64,000 nt of DNA from Sedimentisphaerales bacterium (GTDB lineage Bacteria; Planctomycetota; Phycisphaerae; Sedimentisphaerales; Anaerobacaceae), in the NCBI GenBank assembly GCA_963708075.1, contig OY970194.1, positions 2,016,001 to 2,080,000 of the forward strand, in the 5' to 3' direction. A program made the position numbers and the translations under genes. Positions within the stretch are counted from its first letter, which is position 1; each line of letters begins with the position of its first letter. Below are positions 1 through 10,182 of this stretch, one piece after another. The notes under the pieces are model-generated. The model saw only the letters and a list, made by a program, of their open reading frames with translations. It had not been told where the DNA came from and made no database searches.

Positions 1-351
1 AATACGATCGACTGCACCAAGGCGAACTGCAAGACCGACAGCGTCTTCTGCAATCCCTTGAACCTGACGAGCTGGCCCTATACCTCTCCGGTAGGCTACT
101 ACGGTCCGCAGGGGGCGTATGGCCTGTGTGACATGACCGGCAACCTCTGGGAGTGGTGTCAGGATTGGTACGATGCCGGATACTACGGTGTCAGCCCTGC
201 AAACAATCCGACCGGGCCCACGACAGGCACGTATCGCGTTCTGCGCGGCGGCGCCTGGGACGTCGACGGCAAGAGCTGCGATATCGTGGGGCGCTGCGTG
301 GGCGACCCGCTCGTCCGCGGCCATGTCACCGGCTTTCGGGTATGCCGTTGA
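1..351 (+). CDS. Formylglycine-generating enzyme (FGE-sulfatase/SUMF1) domain protein, C-terminal part (5' end outside window)
   Basis: Motifs YGLCDMTGNLWEWCQDWY, RVLRGGAW and GFRVCR; frame is open from base 1. Confidence 0.9.
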   Translation, partial: NTIDCTKANCKTDSVFCNPLNLTSWPYTSPVGYYGPQGAYGLCDMTGNLWEWCQDWYDAGYYGVSPANNPTGPTTGTYRVLRGGAWDVDGKSCDIVGRCVGDPLVRGHVTGFRVCR

Positions 352-426
352 GTTGTATCGCAGACGTACTTCGCCTGACGGACACCTGAAAGGTGAGACT
401 CATCCTGGGTGATCCGCGCATGAAGA

Positions 427-456
427 AAGGGCTGCGAGTGAATGCCCACAGCCCTT
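427..456 (-). terminator. Probable intrinsic terminator hairpin between convergent genes
   Basis: AAGGGCTG-14 nt-CAGCCCTT inverted repeat; followed by TCTT on the minus strand, downstream of the TPR gene. Confidence 0.55.
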
Positions 457-514
457 GCAACGACAATCCTTCGCGACAGGGTTCAAATGCCCGGGATAGC
501 TCCACGAGCCTGCG

Positions 515-3500
515 TTACGGAACGGTCGCGGGGGCCTTGCCTTGAAGCATGTTCGATATCTCCGACCGTTCGCCGGGGGTGAAGACGTTAGTTTCCTTGT
601 CGATCTTCAGGGCCTCGTCGAGATACCGCTTCGCCGCTGCCGAGTCGTTGAGCTTGACGCAGATGCGGCCCAGTTGCAGCAGGGGCTTTGCCCGCTGGCG
701 AGGATCAGCCGAGGGCAGGCCGACGAGTGTCTCGAAGTCGGTCCGGGCGTCAGCCAGCCGGTCCGGCACGTTCGACAGGATGGTGCCCCGTGTATCCAGA
801 AGATTCCTGTCATTGGGCGCCAGGCGTAAACCTCGATCCGCCAGCTCCAGCGCCTCGGCGTACTGCTGATCGTGTTCCTGAAGAATCCAGGCAAGGTCGT
901 TGATCGCTCGTATTTCATTCGGGTACCGCTCCAACAACTGGCGATAGACCTTCTGCGCCCTTTCCGCATCTCCCGTCTGGTACAGGCTGGAAGCCAGCCC
1001 GAGGTGTACATCCGGTGACGTGGGTGCAAGCGTGGCCGCGTGCTCGAACAATTTCACGGCCTGTTGTTGGAGGTCTTTCCTGCCGAGCGACAACAGTGTC
1101 GATGCGGCTTTTAGAAGCGTCGCCGGATCCTGCTGTCTGGCCGAGAGATACGCAGAACTGATGTTCGCAAGCTCGTCGAGACGCTTCTGAGACACCAGCC
1201 ACAGGAACCGGGCGTGGACCACGGTCAGATTGCCCCGATCCAGCCGCTCCGCCTGCTCGATCCATTCTCTCGCTCGCTCGGCATCGCCGGCCAGCCGATG
1301 CATGTCGGCGAGCGTCACAAGGGCCCTGACACTGCCGCTGCCTTCCTTCGTTCGGCAATACGCATCCAGAGAGGCAATGGCCATCTGGGGCAATTCGAGG
1401 GCGGCCAGCACGTGCGAACGCTGGATGAGCAGCTCTTCGTTGGCCGGCTCGCGACCCAGCGCGGAGTCAACGAGCGTGCGCGCCTGCTCCAGCACGCTGC
1501 GGTCCCGGCCGATCAACGCACCATCTACGATCACGTTCACAGCTTCCATGTTGCGAGGGTCCTGCGCAAGGGCCTCACTCGCCAATTTCACCGCCATGGG
1601 AATGTACCCAAGGGCAAGCTCCGCTCTGGCCCTGGCCGACAGCAGCGCCGGGTTGTTCGGATTGGAGGCCAATGCCTGCACCGCGAAGTCGCAGGCCGCC
1701 TTGAGTTCTCCCTGTCGCATGGCGATGGCAATGAGCGCAAGGTGAGCATTGACCGCTGCCGGCTCCAGCCGCAGGGCACTCTCCAGTTTCTCTCGAATCG
1801 TCCCCAACGACTGCGGGGCCGGCTCTTTCAGTATCTGCGCCGCACGAACCGCGAGCAGTTCCGTATCCTGCGGCAGTCGTTCTTCCAGTGCCGTAAGGAT
1901 TCCCAGCGCCCTTTCCCGGTCCTGGGCGGTGGCCCGCAGGAATAGCATTTGCATGAGCTTTCGCTTTAGCCGCAGGTCATCAGGATACGCCTTCAAGCCT
2001 TCCTCCATGGCCGTGACGGCCTGGTCCGGCCGCCCGGTACCGCCATAGAAATTGCCCAGCAACTCGTACCCGGCCGGACCGTAGCCGCGAAACGTGGGCA
2101 GCGTTTTGTAGTCTTTCTCCGCACGTGCGAGGTCGCCTTCCTCTGTGAAATGCGTCGCCCGCATCCAGTGGGCATCGAAGTCATTATGATCCTTCACGTA
2201 GTCATCCAGGACGCGCAAGGCTTCCTCTGCCTTGCCTTCCCCTCTCAGGATGGATGCTTTCACCGCCGCCAGCATCCGGGAGTTCGGGTCGATGGCCTCT
2301 GCGTTCTTCAGATATCCAAGGGCCTGGCCGGCGTCCTTTGTTTCCTGGTACACCAGTCGCGCCAACTGGATTCGTGACCCCGCATCCTTGTTGTTGTTGG
2401 AAGCCTGGAGCTTCAACTCGTCGATGGCTCGCGAGTAGTCCCTCGCACCCAGGGCCATTCGGACTTGCCAGGCGCTGGCCAGGCGAGGATTGATCTGCAC
2501 CTGTTTGAGGACGCCTTCGGCATCCGCGAAGCGGCCTTGTCTTTCCAGAAGGGCCAGCAGCTTTTCGGCGATGTCCGCGGCGGAAGGATTCCCGAGCAAC
2601 CCCTTGCGGCACGTATCCTCAACTTTTTTGAAGTCCCCCTGTCTCTCGTACATTCCCGCCAGGACCAGCACGGGCGCCGACCACGCCGGGTCCGCATCGA
2701 TACACTGCTGAAGCAGGTTCGTGATGTCCTGCTGCTTGGCAGACCATGAAGCAGACGCCAGCCAAGACCTCGCCTGGTGAATGCGCCACCAGAGCCCGCT
2801 TTCCCCCTCCGCCTGGCGCAACTCACCGATCAATGCCGCAGTGGCCGCCGGGTCCGCCTGGATCTCGCGGATTCCCAGAAGCAGAGACCGGGCCTGGATT
2901 TCCTGCTTGTCCTGCGACGCCAGTTCCCTCAATAGACCGATCCCCGCCGCACGGTCCCCGTGAACGATCTCCAGCACGGCAAGCCGGATCGACACGGACC
3001 GCTTCTCCGGCCGTCCGGTGATCGTGTTCAGTCCCGACTTGAGGCAACCGCGGGCGGAATCATAATCCGCGTTGGCCACGTGGAGGTCCGACAGGACCAT
3101 CCAGGGCACGGCGGACTCGGCGTGGCGTTTACAGGCCGCCTCGCAGACGCGGATCGCGTCCGCCAGACGTTTCGTCTGGCGATAGTAGCCCGCCAACTGG
3201 ACCTCGGCCCGCAGCGGGTCCTTGCACTCATCGATGGCCAGCTTCAACTGGCTTTCTGCTTCCTCGGGCCGCTCGAGATGAGAGGCCACGATCGCCTGCA
3301 GCATGCGGATATCCACCTGATCCGGATTCGCTCGACGCAAATCCGCCAGTTCCGCTGATATCTTCTGGAGCCCTTCCACGCGCGCCGCATCGCGCTGTGC
3401 CGCCGCCAGATTGATCGCGGCCCCGATGCGAAGCAGTCTAAGGGATAGATCGGTCGAGCCCAGGGATTCCGCCGCGCCGGCGGTGTCAATCGCTTTCTGC

Positions 3501-4969
3501 CAGTCGCCGAGCTTGGCGTACTGCCTTGCCAGCTCGCGCGTCGCCTGCTGGTCCTGCGGGTTCAACCGCTGGTACTGGACGAGGGCTTTCACCGCCCGTC
3601 CCGCCTGGCCCGTCCGATCGTAGGCTTCCGCCAGCAGCCGCCACAATCCTGGGGCGGAGGCGTCGTTACCCATCACCGGTTCCAAGGCCTCGATGACGGC
3701 GTAGGGCCTGTTCTCGGCCCCCGCCACGAGTGCCTGCAGCCCGGCAACTCTCCGCGGCGACTCGGCGGAGCCTTGCTGGGCACGCACAAGATTCAGATAC
3801 TCATCCAGAGACTGCCGTGCCTCAATGACCTTGCCGGCAGCCACGTACAGCGGGATCGCGGCCGGCAGGACCCGGGCCCTGTGGCCTTTATCCGTCAGCG
3901 ATTTGAGCGTCTCATCCGCCAGGGAGGCAGCCTCGGCGGTCGCGCCCTTGCGCGTTGCCAGTTCCGAGGCGAGGAGGAACCTCGCCACGGTCCAGTCACT
4001 GAGATCGAAGAAGTGCTTCTTCAATTCCTCCTGCGGCAGCTTGTCCACCGCCTGCAGTTCGGCGGCCGCCCGGTCCAATTCGCCATGGGCGATCCATTCC
4101 GCACCGAGGACAATGCGGATGCGGGGGTCTTCCGTGCCCTTTGCATCGGCGGACTCAAGGTCCTTGCGGGCCAGTGCCCGCATCGCCGGCTGATCCTGCT
4201 CGCTCGTGGCGGGCATCTCCGCCAACCGGCGCTGGAACTGCGCCCGGCTGACCAGCGCGACGGCAGAGTCCGGCGAATAGTTCACCGCCCTATTGAGCCA
4301 GTCCAGGGGCGTGGGCAGCGAAGTGCCTTCAGTGCCGGCAGGCGTCTGCGCCGGTGGCGAAGCCTCGCTGCTGACGAGCTGACTCATCTGCACGCAGGCG
4401 CGGACGTATTCGACGTATTTCTCGGGACGGGTTTCGAGTCCCCCGATGAAGCTCACAAGGACCTGTCGGGCCTCCGCCGTCTTATTCAACCGGCTCAGCG
4501 CCTCCGCCAGCCACAGCGGGGCCTGGCGATCATTCGGATCGTGCTCCAATCGTTCCCGGGCGATGCCGGCCAATTCGTCGAAATTCCCCACGCCGCCGTA
4601 GAGCATGGCGAGCTTCTCATAGGCGACATCATCATGAGGGACCAGCTCCAGGATCCGGCGATACGCCGAGATCGCCCCGCTCACCGCGGCGGCATCCAGT
4701 GGCCGGACGGACAGGCTGGCCTCCGCATATTTCCGCAGGACCTCGACGTCGTCTGTATTTCGACTGAGGTACTTGCGGTAGTTCTTGGCCGCCGTGGGCC
4801 AGTCCTGGCCTGCCCAGGCGGTCTCCCCCGCCGCCAGAGACTTCTCCGAGAGCATCCCCCTGTGGGTCTGGCGGGCCACCACCAGCGACACCCCGGCAGC
4901 CGCCGTGACCAGGATCAGGATGATCACCAGCTTGACGTTGACCTTCCCACATCGCTTCCTGTACAACAT
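515..4969 (-). CDS. Large membrane-anchored tetratricopeptide-repeat protein (~1,480 aa), PrsT-like by position
   Basis: N-terminal TM segment (VNVKLVIILILVTAAAGVSLVVA), then many TPR-like helices and a C-terminal AINDLAWIL...LLDTRG motif. Start moved to ATG 4969, which has a GGAGG RBS. Confidence 0.85.
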   Translation of the reverse strand: MLYRKRCGKVNVKLVIILILVTAAAGVSLVVARQTHRGMLSEKSLAAGETAWAGQDWPTAAKNYRKYLSRNTDDVEVLRKYAEASLSVRPLDAAAVSGAISAYRRILELVPHDDVAYEKLAMLYGGVGNFDELAGIARERLEHDPNDRQAPLWLAEALSRLNKTAEARQVLVSFIGGLETRPEKYVEYVRACVQMSQLVSSEASPPAQTPAGTEGTSLPTPLDWLNRAVNYSPDSAVALVSRAQFQRRLAEMPATSEQDQPAMRALARKDLESADAKGTEDPRIRIVLGAEWIAHGELDRAAAELQAVDKLPQEELKKHFFDLSDWTVARFLLASELATRKGATAEAASLADETLKSLTDKGHRARVLPAAIPLYVAAGKVIEARQSLDEYLNLVRAQQGSAESPRRVAGLQALVAGAENRPYAVIEALEPVMGNDASAPGLWRLLAEAYDRTGQAGRAVKALVQYQRLNPQDQQATRELARQYAKLGDWQKAIDTAGAAESLGSTDLSLRLLRIGAAINLAAAQRDAARVEGLQKISAELADLRRANPDQVDIRMLQAIVASHLERPEEAESQLKLAIDECKDPLRAEVQLAGYYRQTKRLADAIRVCEAACKRHAESAVPWMVLSDLHVANADYDSARGCLKSGLNTITGRPEKRSVSIRLAVLEIVHGDRAAGIGLLRELASQDKQEIQARSLLLGIREIQADPAATAALIGELRQAEGESGLWWRIHQARSWLASASWSAKQQDITNLLQQCIDADPAWSAPVLVLAGMYERQGDFKKVEDTCRKGLLGNPSAADIAEKLLALLERQGRFADAEGVLKQVQINPRLASAWQVRMALGARDYSRAIDELKLQASNNNKDAGSRIQLARLVYQETKDAGQALGYLKNAEAIDPNSRMLAAVKASILRGEGKAEEALRVLDDYVKDHNDFDAHWMRATHFTEEGDLARAEKDYKTLPTFRGYGPAGYELLGNFYGGTGRPDQAVTAMEEGLKAYPDDLRLKRKLMQMLFLRATAQDRERALGILTALEERLPQDTELLAVRAAQILKEPAPQSLGTIREKLESALRLEPAAVNAHLALIAIAMRQGELKAACDFAVQALASNPNNPALLSARARAELALGYIPMAVKLASEALAQDPRNMEAVNVIVDGALIGRDRSVLEQARTLVDSALGREPANEELLIQRSHVLAALELPQMAIASLDAYCRTKEGSGSVRALVTLADMHRLAGDAERAREWIEQAERLDRGNLTVVHARFLWLVSQKRLDELANISSAYLSARQQDPATLLKAASTLLSLGRKDLQQQAVKLFEHAATLAPTSPDVHLGLASSLYQTGDAERAQKVYRQLLERYPNEIRAINDLAWILQEHDQQYAEALELADRGLRLAPNDRNLLDTRGTILSNVPDRLADARTDFETLVGLPSADPRQRAKPLLQLGRICVKLNDSAAAKRYLDEALKIDKETNVFTPGERSEISNMLQGKAPATVP

Positions 4970-5114
4970 TACGCTGTTCCTCCAAATACCCCATCTGCCA
5001 TCTGTTGACGCGCAATGCCACGCGCCCCGGATCGCTGCGCATAACGACATGTGATTGCACCGATCAAGCATCAGTCGCCACCAAATCCAGGAGGTTCGAA
5101 TCCGTTTTGCGAAT

Positions 5115-5144
5115 AGTGTAAGATAGCAGACGGCAAACCGTCAA
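5115..5144 (-). promoter_or_regulatory. Candidate sigma70-type promoter for the TPR gene
   Basis: Minus strand TTGACG-18 nt-TACACT. Confidence 0.35.
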
Positions 5145-5312
5145 CTCTATTATGAACGCATGGGGTGTGCGGGAATACTCGCTTCCGGATCGCTTCTTTC
5201 GCTCAATCCCCCTGCCGTGAGAATACAAGCATGCCGGTGAAGCCCAAGCCGAAGAACTTCACCGGCATGTTTTGCGTGATTATCATTCACGTGAGAACCG
5301 ACCACGAGGCTC

Positions 5313-5872
5313 TCACGCAAACCTGCGAAGCTTCCAACCAGCCACCACGAAACCGAGGGCACCAAGCAGTACAGCAGCCGGGAGCGGAACGAACGAGAGA
5401 CCGACAGGGCCGCCATTGCGCGCAGCAAGGCCGAGTTGTCCACTATGGACCAGTTGCTCCCGTTCCAAGTTGCCGTTTCCCAGCCGCTCGCCTCGTAGGC
5501 ACCGCCCTTCCAGTCCCACGTTGTGAGTTCGAACGCAACCACGTCCGTAATGAGCCCCTCGAAATTGAGATGGAAGTCCAGTACGTCGATGTTCTCCGCG
5601 GTGGCAGCGACTGACCCCTCATCACTGCTCTCAATCGTCATGGAGGGGCTTAGATTCGTCAATCCCGGCACCTCCAGAAATCCAGCAGTCATTACGATCT
5701 TCAACCCGTCGAAATTCGCTGCTTCGCCACCCCCGATCTTTGTATCCGTGAGGCTGAATGCCTGATACCAGGAGTTTGATGTGGTCGCTTCCCCCACAGC
5801 CACGAGGTCAGCGACTACTGGGGCCGTTCCAATGACCAGCACAACCAGCACTGAGAGTCCTAGCTTCTTCAT
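5313..5872 (-). CDS. Exosortase substrate 8 (variant PEP-CTERM tail); one frameshift near 5420
   Basis: Signal peptide MKKLGLSVLVVLVIGTAPVVA-D in ORF 5150..5872; tail VPLPAAVLLGALGFVVAGWKLRRFA in ORF 5313..5519. Confidence 0.8.
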
Positions 5873-6010
5873 ATTTCTCCTTCCATGCCCTATTTGCTGA
5901 GTGTTTCCTTCGTTCTACATCCAGAGTCTTAGCCGCTGATTACCTCCTCCACAACAGATGACGGCGGCCAATGCCTTTCGCAACGATCAGTCACTCGTCA
6001 CCAGAGACAG

Positions 6011-6632
6011 TCACACGAACTTACGCAACTTCAGCCCTGCCGCCAGACCGGCCATAACCAGCATGAACGCCCCGGGCACGGGCACTCGCGGCACCCCGGG
6101 CTGAGTCACCACGGAAACGTTGAACGTGTCCGTGAGACTCGGCGGATCGGCCAAGCCGGTGTTCAGGCGAAGATCGAAGCCGATCTGCGCCAAATCCGCT
6201 GAAGCGAAATTCAACTCCAGCCATGCGGATTGACCAGCCGCGATCACCACCCAGTCAGACGTCAGCTCATTGGCGAACAGGCGAAGCTCCCACGCGCTCT
6301 GGTCGTCGTTTCCCGCGAACACGCGGAAGCCGTCGTAATCCCCGAAGCTGTCTTCCAAGCCGATTCTCATCCAACTCTGATCGCCGCTGAGAACCGCCTA
6401 CAAAACCAACCATCCCCGGCATAATTGCTGGATATTCGACGGCCGGCAGCCAGGGATTCTGATAGACCCATGTGGTGCCATCGAAGACACCCATCAACAG
6501 CCCGGAACTACCGGGGGCCGGGATCTGGCGAAACTCCAGCGCCGTGGCAGAGTCGAGGGTAAACGGACCCGCCGACACCTGCCCGGCCAGTAAACAAACC
6601 ATCACAAATGACAATAGTGAGGCGCGTTTCAT
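6011..6632 (-). CDS. Exosortase substrate 7, paralog of 8453..9061; one frameshift at ~6392
   Basis: The two partial ORFs align end to end with the intact paralog; tail VPVPGAFMLVMAGLAAGLKLRKFV. Confidence 0.85.
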
Positions 6633-6685
6633 TCCTCCTCCTTCTTTCCATCCCTCGGAAGATCGCGCCCATCCGTGACTCTCTC

Positions 6686-7214
6686 TTATGCGAATTTTCG
6701 CAACTTCAAACCTGCTACCCCGATCCCGAGCGCGCCCAGAAGCGCAGCCGCAGGAACCGGCACAGCATAGATCTTCACAGTCAGAAAGCCCGAGTTGTTG
6801 CCGGGGGCAATATCATAGATGTTGAACGAGAACCGGAGCACCAGTGCCCAGCCAGAGCAGGTTGTAGACATGATCTGGGTTGAAGGTGTCTCCCCAGTTG
6901 ACAAATCCACTGTTGACCTGTAGATCCAGCAGGTTCTCGCCGTAGCTCATGTACCGCTCAACGCCGTTCAGCCAGGCATAGCTGGTCGGACCTGAGGCAT
7001 ACTCGGCATCGGCGTAAATACCATCGTTTGCGTAATACGTGCCGCTCGCCTCGAACCGATACAACTGGCCCACATCGAGAGCTATGGACGTGGCAGTCTC
7101 ACCAGTGCCGAGAACGGTCAACGTGTCAAAAGGCACCAAATCCGCCCTCGCAGGCACAGCACCCAGGCACAAGGCCGCGATACAGACAACCAACAAGAAT
7201 CTCTTCATGGACAT
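6686..7214 (-). CDS. Exosortase substrate 6; one frameshift at ~6831
   Basis: Signal peptide MKRFLLVVCIAALCLGAVPARA-D; tail VPVPAAALLGALGIGVAGLKLRKFA in the shifted frame. Confidence 0.85.
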
Positions 7215-7347
7215 CGTTTCTCTCCCCTTCCTTAGAAAATGGTAGAATGGCACATCCAGTGCTCGATCAGACCCGATTCTCATCTTCTCAACTGCTCACA
7301 TACTCAACGTGCAGCCGGTGGCGTGAAGCTTCCCACCGATGCCGTAC

Positions 7348-8301
7348 TCACACAAACTTCCGCAACTTCAAACCGGCCACACCCATACCGAGCATACCCA
7401 GCAGAACGGCGGCCGGAAGCGGCACAACTGCACCACCGGCAAGTTCCAGGACCGTGACGCCCCACATACTCATGTTAGCATACGATCCTCCCCAGGTCAT
7501 GCTGTGCAGCCCCGAACTCCAGGTGTCACTAAGAATAACCGTGTTCGACCCATCATAGCCATAGCCAAACATGGAGTGACCCTCCACGTGGATCATCACC
7601 ACCCGGCCTGCATCGATTTCAGCCTTGTAATCGTCGAAAGTGAATCCGCTCGAGGCTACATTGTTCGTCACTTGCGTGTAGATGTCCGCCACTTCGTACC
7701 CGGCGTACTCGACATACTCCTTCACGCCGTACATGCCATCGTTGCCCTGAAGGCCGAAGTATTCAAGAATACCAGGGGTAACCGAAGTGCCGCTGTCGTA
7801 GGCGTAGAACGTGGTGGCTCCATTCACATTGCCTATGCTGTCCTGACTGGTCCCCATGAAGTCGGCCAGACAGTTATAATTGTGAGTTGGAGTAAGGTCG
7901 TCGCCGGAGGCTCCGTAGCCGAAGCCGATACCACCACCGGTGTTATATGCATAAGGATGGCCGGGACCGGCACTGTAGAAATCATACTGGTGCCCGGTAC
8001 TGGCAATCGCTTGATTGACGAGGGCACCCGAATTGCCAAAGGTGCTTGCCTCCGCGACGCCTCCCGGGACAAGGTTGGAATACCCAAGTCCCTCATAGCC
8101 GTTGCGGTCGTAGAACCCCATCATCATCCCGGCAGAGGTTGCCGAGCACCCATACCACCAGTTGTAGCCCGGATTAGGTTCGGGACCGGCCAGAGTGCCG
8201 CCCTGGACGTAATAGGACAGTTCTTCCATGTCCGCCCGCGCCGCTGCAGCGATCAGGCACAAAACCGCCAAACAGAGAACCCGCAACCAGTGTCTTTTCA
8301 T
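7348..8301 (-). CDS. Exosortase substrate 5 with papain-like (C10/C39-like) cysteine peptidase domain
   Basis: Signal peptide; WWYGCSATSAGMMMGFYD (Cys) and VEGHSMFGYGYD (His) motifs; tail VPLPAAVLLGMLGMGVAGLKLRKFV. Confidence 0.8.
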   Translation of the reverse strand: MKRHWLRVLCLAVLCLIAAAARADMEELSYYVQGGTLAGPEPNPGYNWWYGCSATSAGMMMGFYDRNGYEGLGYSNLVPGGVAEASTFGNSGALVNQAIASTGHQYDFYSAGPGHPYAYNTGGGIGFGYGASGDDLTPTHNYNCLADFMGTSQDSIGNVNGATTFYAYDSGTSVTPGILEYFGLQGNDGMYGVKEYVEYAGYEVADIYTQVTNNVASSGFTFDDYKAEIDAGRVVMIHVEGHSMFGYGYDGSNTVILSDTWSSGLHSMTWGGSYANMSMWGVTVLELAGGAVVPLPAAVLLGMLGMGVAGLKLRKFV

Positions 8302-8452
8302 CGCCATTCCATCCTTTCTCCCAATCTGATCTTCCATAAGCACCCATCCATCAGGCGATCAGGTGGCCGCTGCCGTCACAGCGCCATCGACCGACACCCC
8401 AAACACCCGGGGCCTTTCCAACTACTCCTTCTGCAGCGACCCGATCTGCCTC

Positions 8453-9061
8453 TCACACAAACTTCCGCAACTTCATACCCGCGACACCCAAACCGAGCAT
8501 GCCCAGCAGCACCGCTGCAGGCAGGGGCACGACCGCGGAAATGCTGAACGCATCCGAAACGCTCGGCGCAGGGGTCAAACCGGTGTTCAGACGAACATCG
8601 AAGCCGATCATCGTCAGGTATCCCGAGCTCGTTAGGTCGAACTCCAGCCACCTGAATTCACCGGGCACCAGTGTCTGCCAGCCAGATTCCCCGGCACTCG
8701 TGACCAGCCGAACGTCCCATGCGCTGTTGTCGTCATTGCCCAGCCAGGCACCGAAGCTGTCAGTGGTCCCGGACCCGAAAGTCCCTGTCGCTCCAATTCG
8801 CATCCAGCTCGAATTGCCGCTGAGACTGCCCACAAAACCGACATCGCCCAGCATGCCCGCCGGGTATGCGACGGCCGGCAAATAGGGATTCTGGTACTCC
8901 CACCCGGTGCCATTGAAGACGCCATTCAATAGCCCCGAACTGCCGGTGGCAGTGATCTGAAGAAAATCCAGGGCCGTTGAATAGTCGAGGGTATACAGAC
9001 CGGCAGAGGCCTGCCCGGCAAGCAGACAGACCACCACAACCGATAGTAGAATACGTTTCAT
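8453..9061 (-). CDS. Exosortase substrate 4
   Basis: Signal peptide MKRILLSVVVVCLLAGQASA; tail VPLPAAVLLGMLGLGVAGMKLRKFV; GGAGG RBS. Confidence 0.9.
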   Translation of the reverse strand: MKRILLSVVVVCLLAGQASAGLYTLDYSTALDFLQITATGSSGLLNGVFNGTGWEYQNPYLPAVAYPAGMLGDVGFVGSLSGNSSWMRIGATGTFGSGTTDSFGAWLGNDDNSAWDVRLVTSAGESGWQTLVPGEFRWLEFDLTSSGYLTMIGFDVRLNTGLTPAPSVSDAFSISAVVPLPAAVLLGMLGLGVAGMKLRKFV

Positions 9062-9117
9062 TTCTATTTTTCCTCCGTTTCCATTGTCTCAGACCAACCT
9101 ATCCGATCACGAAACCG

Positions 9118-9936
9118 TTACACGTACTTGCGCAACTTCAGGCCCGCCACGCCGAAACCCAACATCCCCAGCAGAACCGCTGCCGGCACAGGCACGACGT
9201 GAAAGCTATCCGGCCCGCTGCCCAACCCGAATCCGACGTTTCCCAAAGAATAGCCATCCAGAGAGAGGCCGGTAATACCGAACTCGAAGGTGGCCATATC
9301 CCGGACAAGGAGCAGATTGTTCAGGGAACTAGTGGCGGCATCGCCGTGGTAGATCGAGTAGTTGACCCCGTCCACAAGGTTACCGTTGAACTGATTGGCT
9401 GAATCCGTGATCAGATACGTGGTCGTCCCGGGAATGGGCGTATTGTTCCCAATAGTCCCGATACCGAAATTCAGGTACGGAAAGCTCCCGGGGTTTCCAT
9501 CTATGAACGCCCATGACTCCGCCCGGCCCTGCACATTCCCTGGCTCACCGTACACCCGGATGTCAGTGAATGACTGCAGGACATCTGTAGCCGTCTTACG
9601 AGCGAGGTAGACACTCCCCGTAGCATCCTGATACGTCAACGTGGGACGAGTGCCGTCGCTGTTGACGATGTCGAAGTAGAAGCTGCTCAAGACATCATCC
9701 TTACTGTCGCTTGGCACCGGCGAGACGTTGTAAAGACTCACCGTCAGCGTGCTGCCGCTTATCGTAAGGTCGGCCTGGAATTTGACGTCGGTTCCTGATA
9801 GGGACGTACCTTCCCACTCATACAGGGCAGCCTGGGCCGACTGCGCAAGCAGCAAGCAAGCCAAGCACCCAACTAGCAATGTCACAGATCCTTTATTTGT
9901 ACGCGTACTTCTCTTTGATACAGTCATTCTCTGCAC
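9118..9936 (-). CDS. Exosortase substrate 3 (N-terminal domain resembles XDD4-type exosortase-dependent surface proteins)
   Basis: Signal peptide ending AQSAQA; ADLTISGSTLTVSLYN...DVLSSFYFDI; tail VPVPAAVLLGMLGFGVAGLKLRKYV. Exact start uncertain. Confidence 0.85.
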   Translation of the reverse strand: MQRMTVSKRSTRTNKGSVTLLVGCLACLLLAQSAQAALYEWEGTSLSGTDVKFQADLTISGSTLTVSLYNVSPVPSDSKDDVLSSFYFDIVNSDGTRPTLTYQDATGSVYLARKTATDVLQSFTDIRVYGEPGNVQGRAESWAFIDGNPGSFPYLNFGIGTIGNNTPIPGTTTYLITDSANQFNGNLVDGVNYSIYHGDAATSSLNNLLLVRDMATFEFGITGLSLDGYSLGNVGFGLGSGPDSFHVVPVPAAVLLGMLGFGVAGLKLRKYV

Positions 9937-10182
9937 CCAATCTCACCGGCCCGTGTCCTAAGCGTCTGGCTCGTTTCCCGACAATCGCATGCACACTCTC
10001 ACGCAATCACCGATTCTCCGGCGGTCCAGACCTGAACCTCGGGTTGCCTTCTATTCAAACGATGGTCTTTCCTTTCAACATCACCTTGCATCCCTTCACT
10101 ACCACACACCAACTGCACCCACCGGCAGATGCTTTTTCACCCGACAATCGCCTGCCTGCCGATCAAGCCCCTTACGAGGCTT

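Noticed and set aside
3773..5008. Long plus-strand ORFs antisense to real genes (also 7339..8547, 33688..34677)
   Set aside because: Shadow ORFs of GC-rich coding sequence with no motifs.
5313..7214. Phase variation or programmed frameshifting of three cargo genes
   Set aside because: Breaks are not in long repeat tracts, and two share the GGTTCTC error context seen in unrelated genes.
7248..7263. Sigma54-like TGGCAC-N5-GTGCT
   Set aside because: On the plus strand, antisense to the array; no matching site found on the coding strand.
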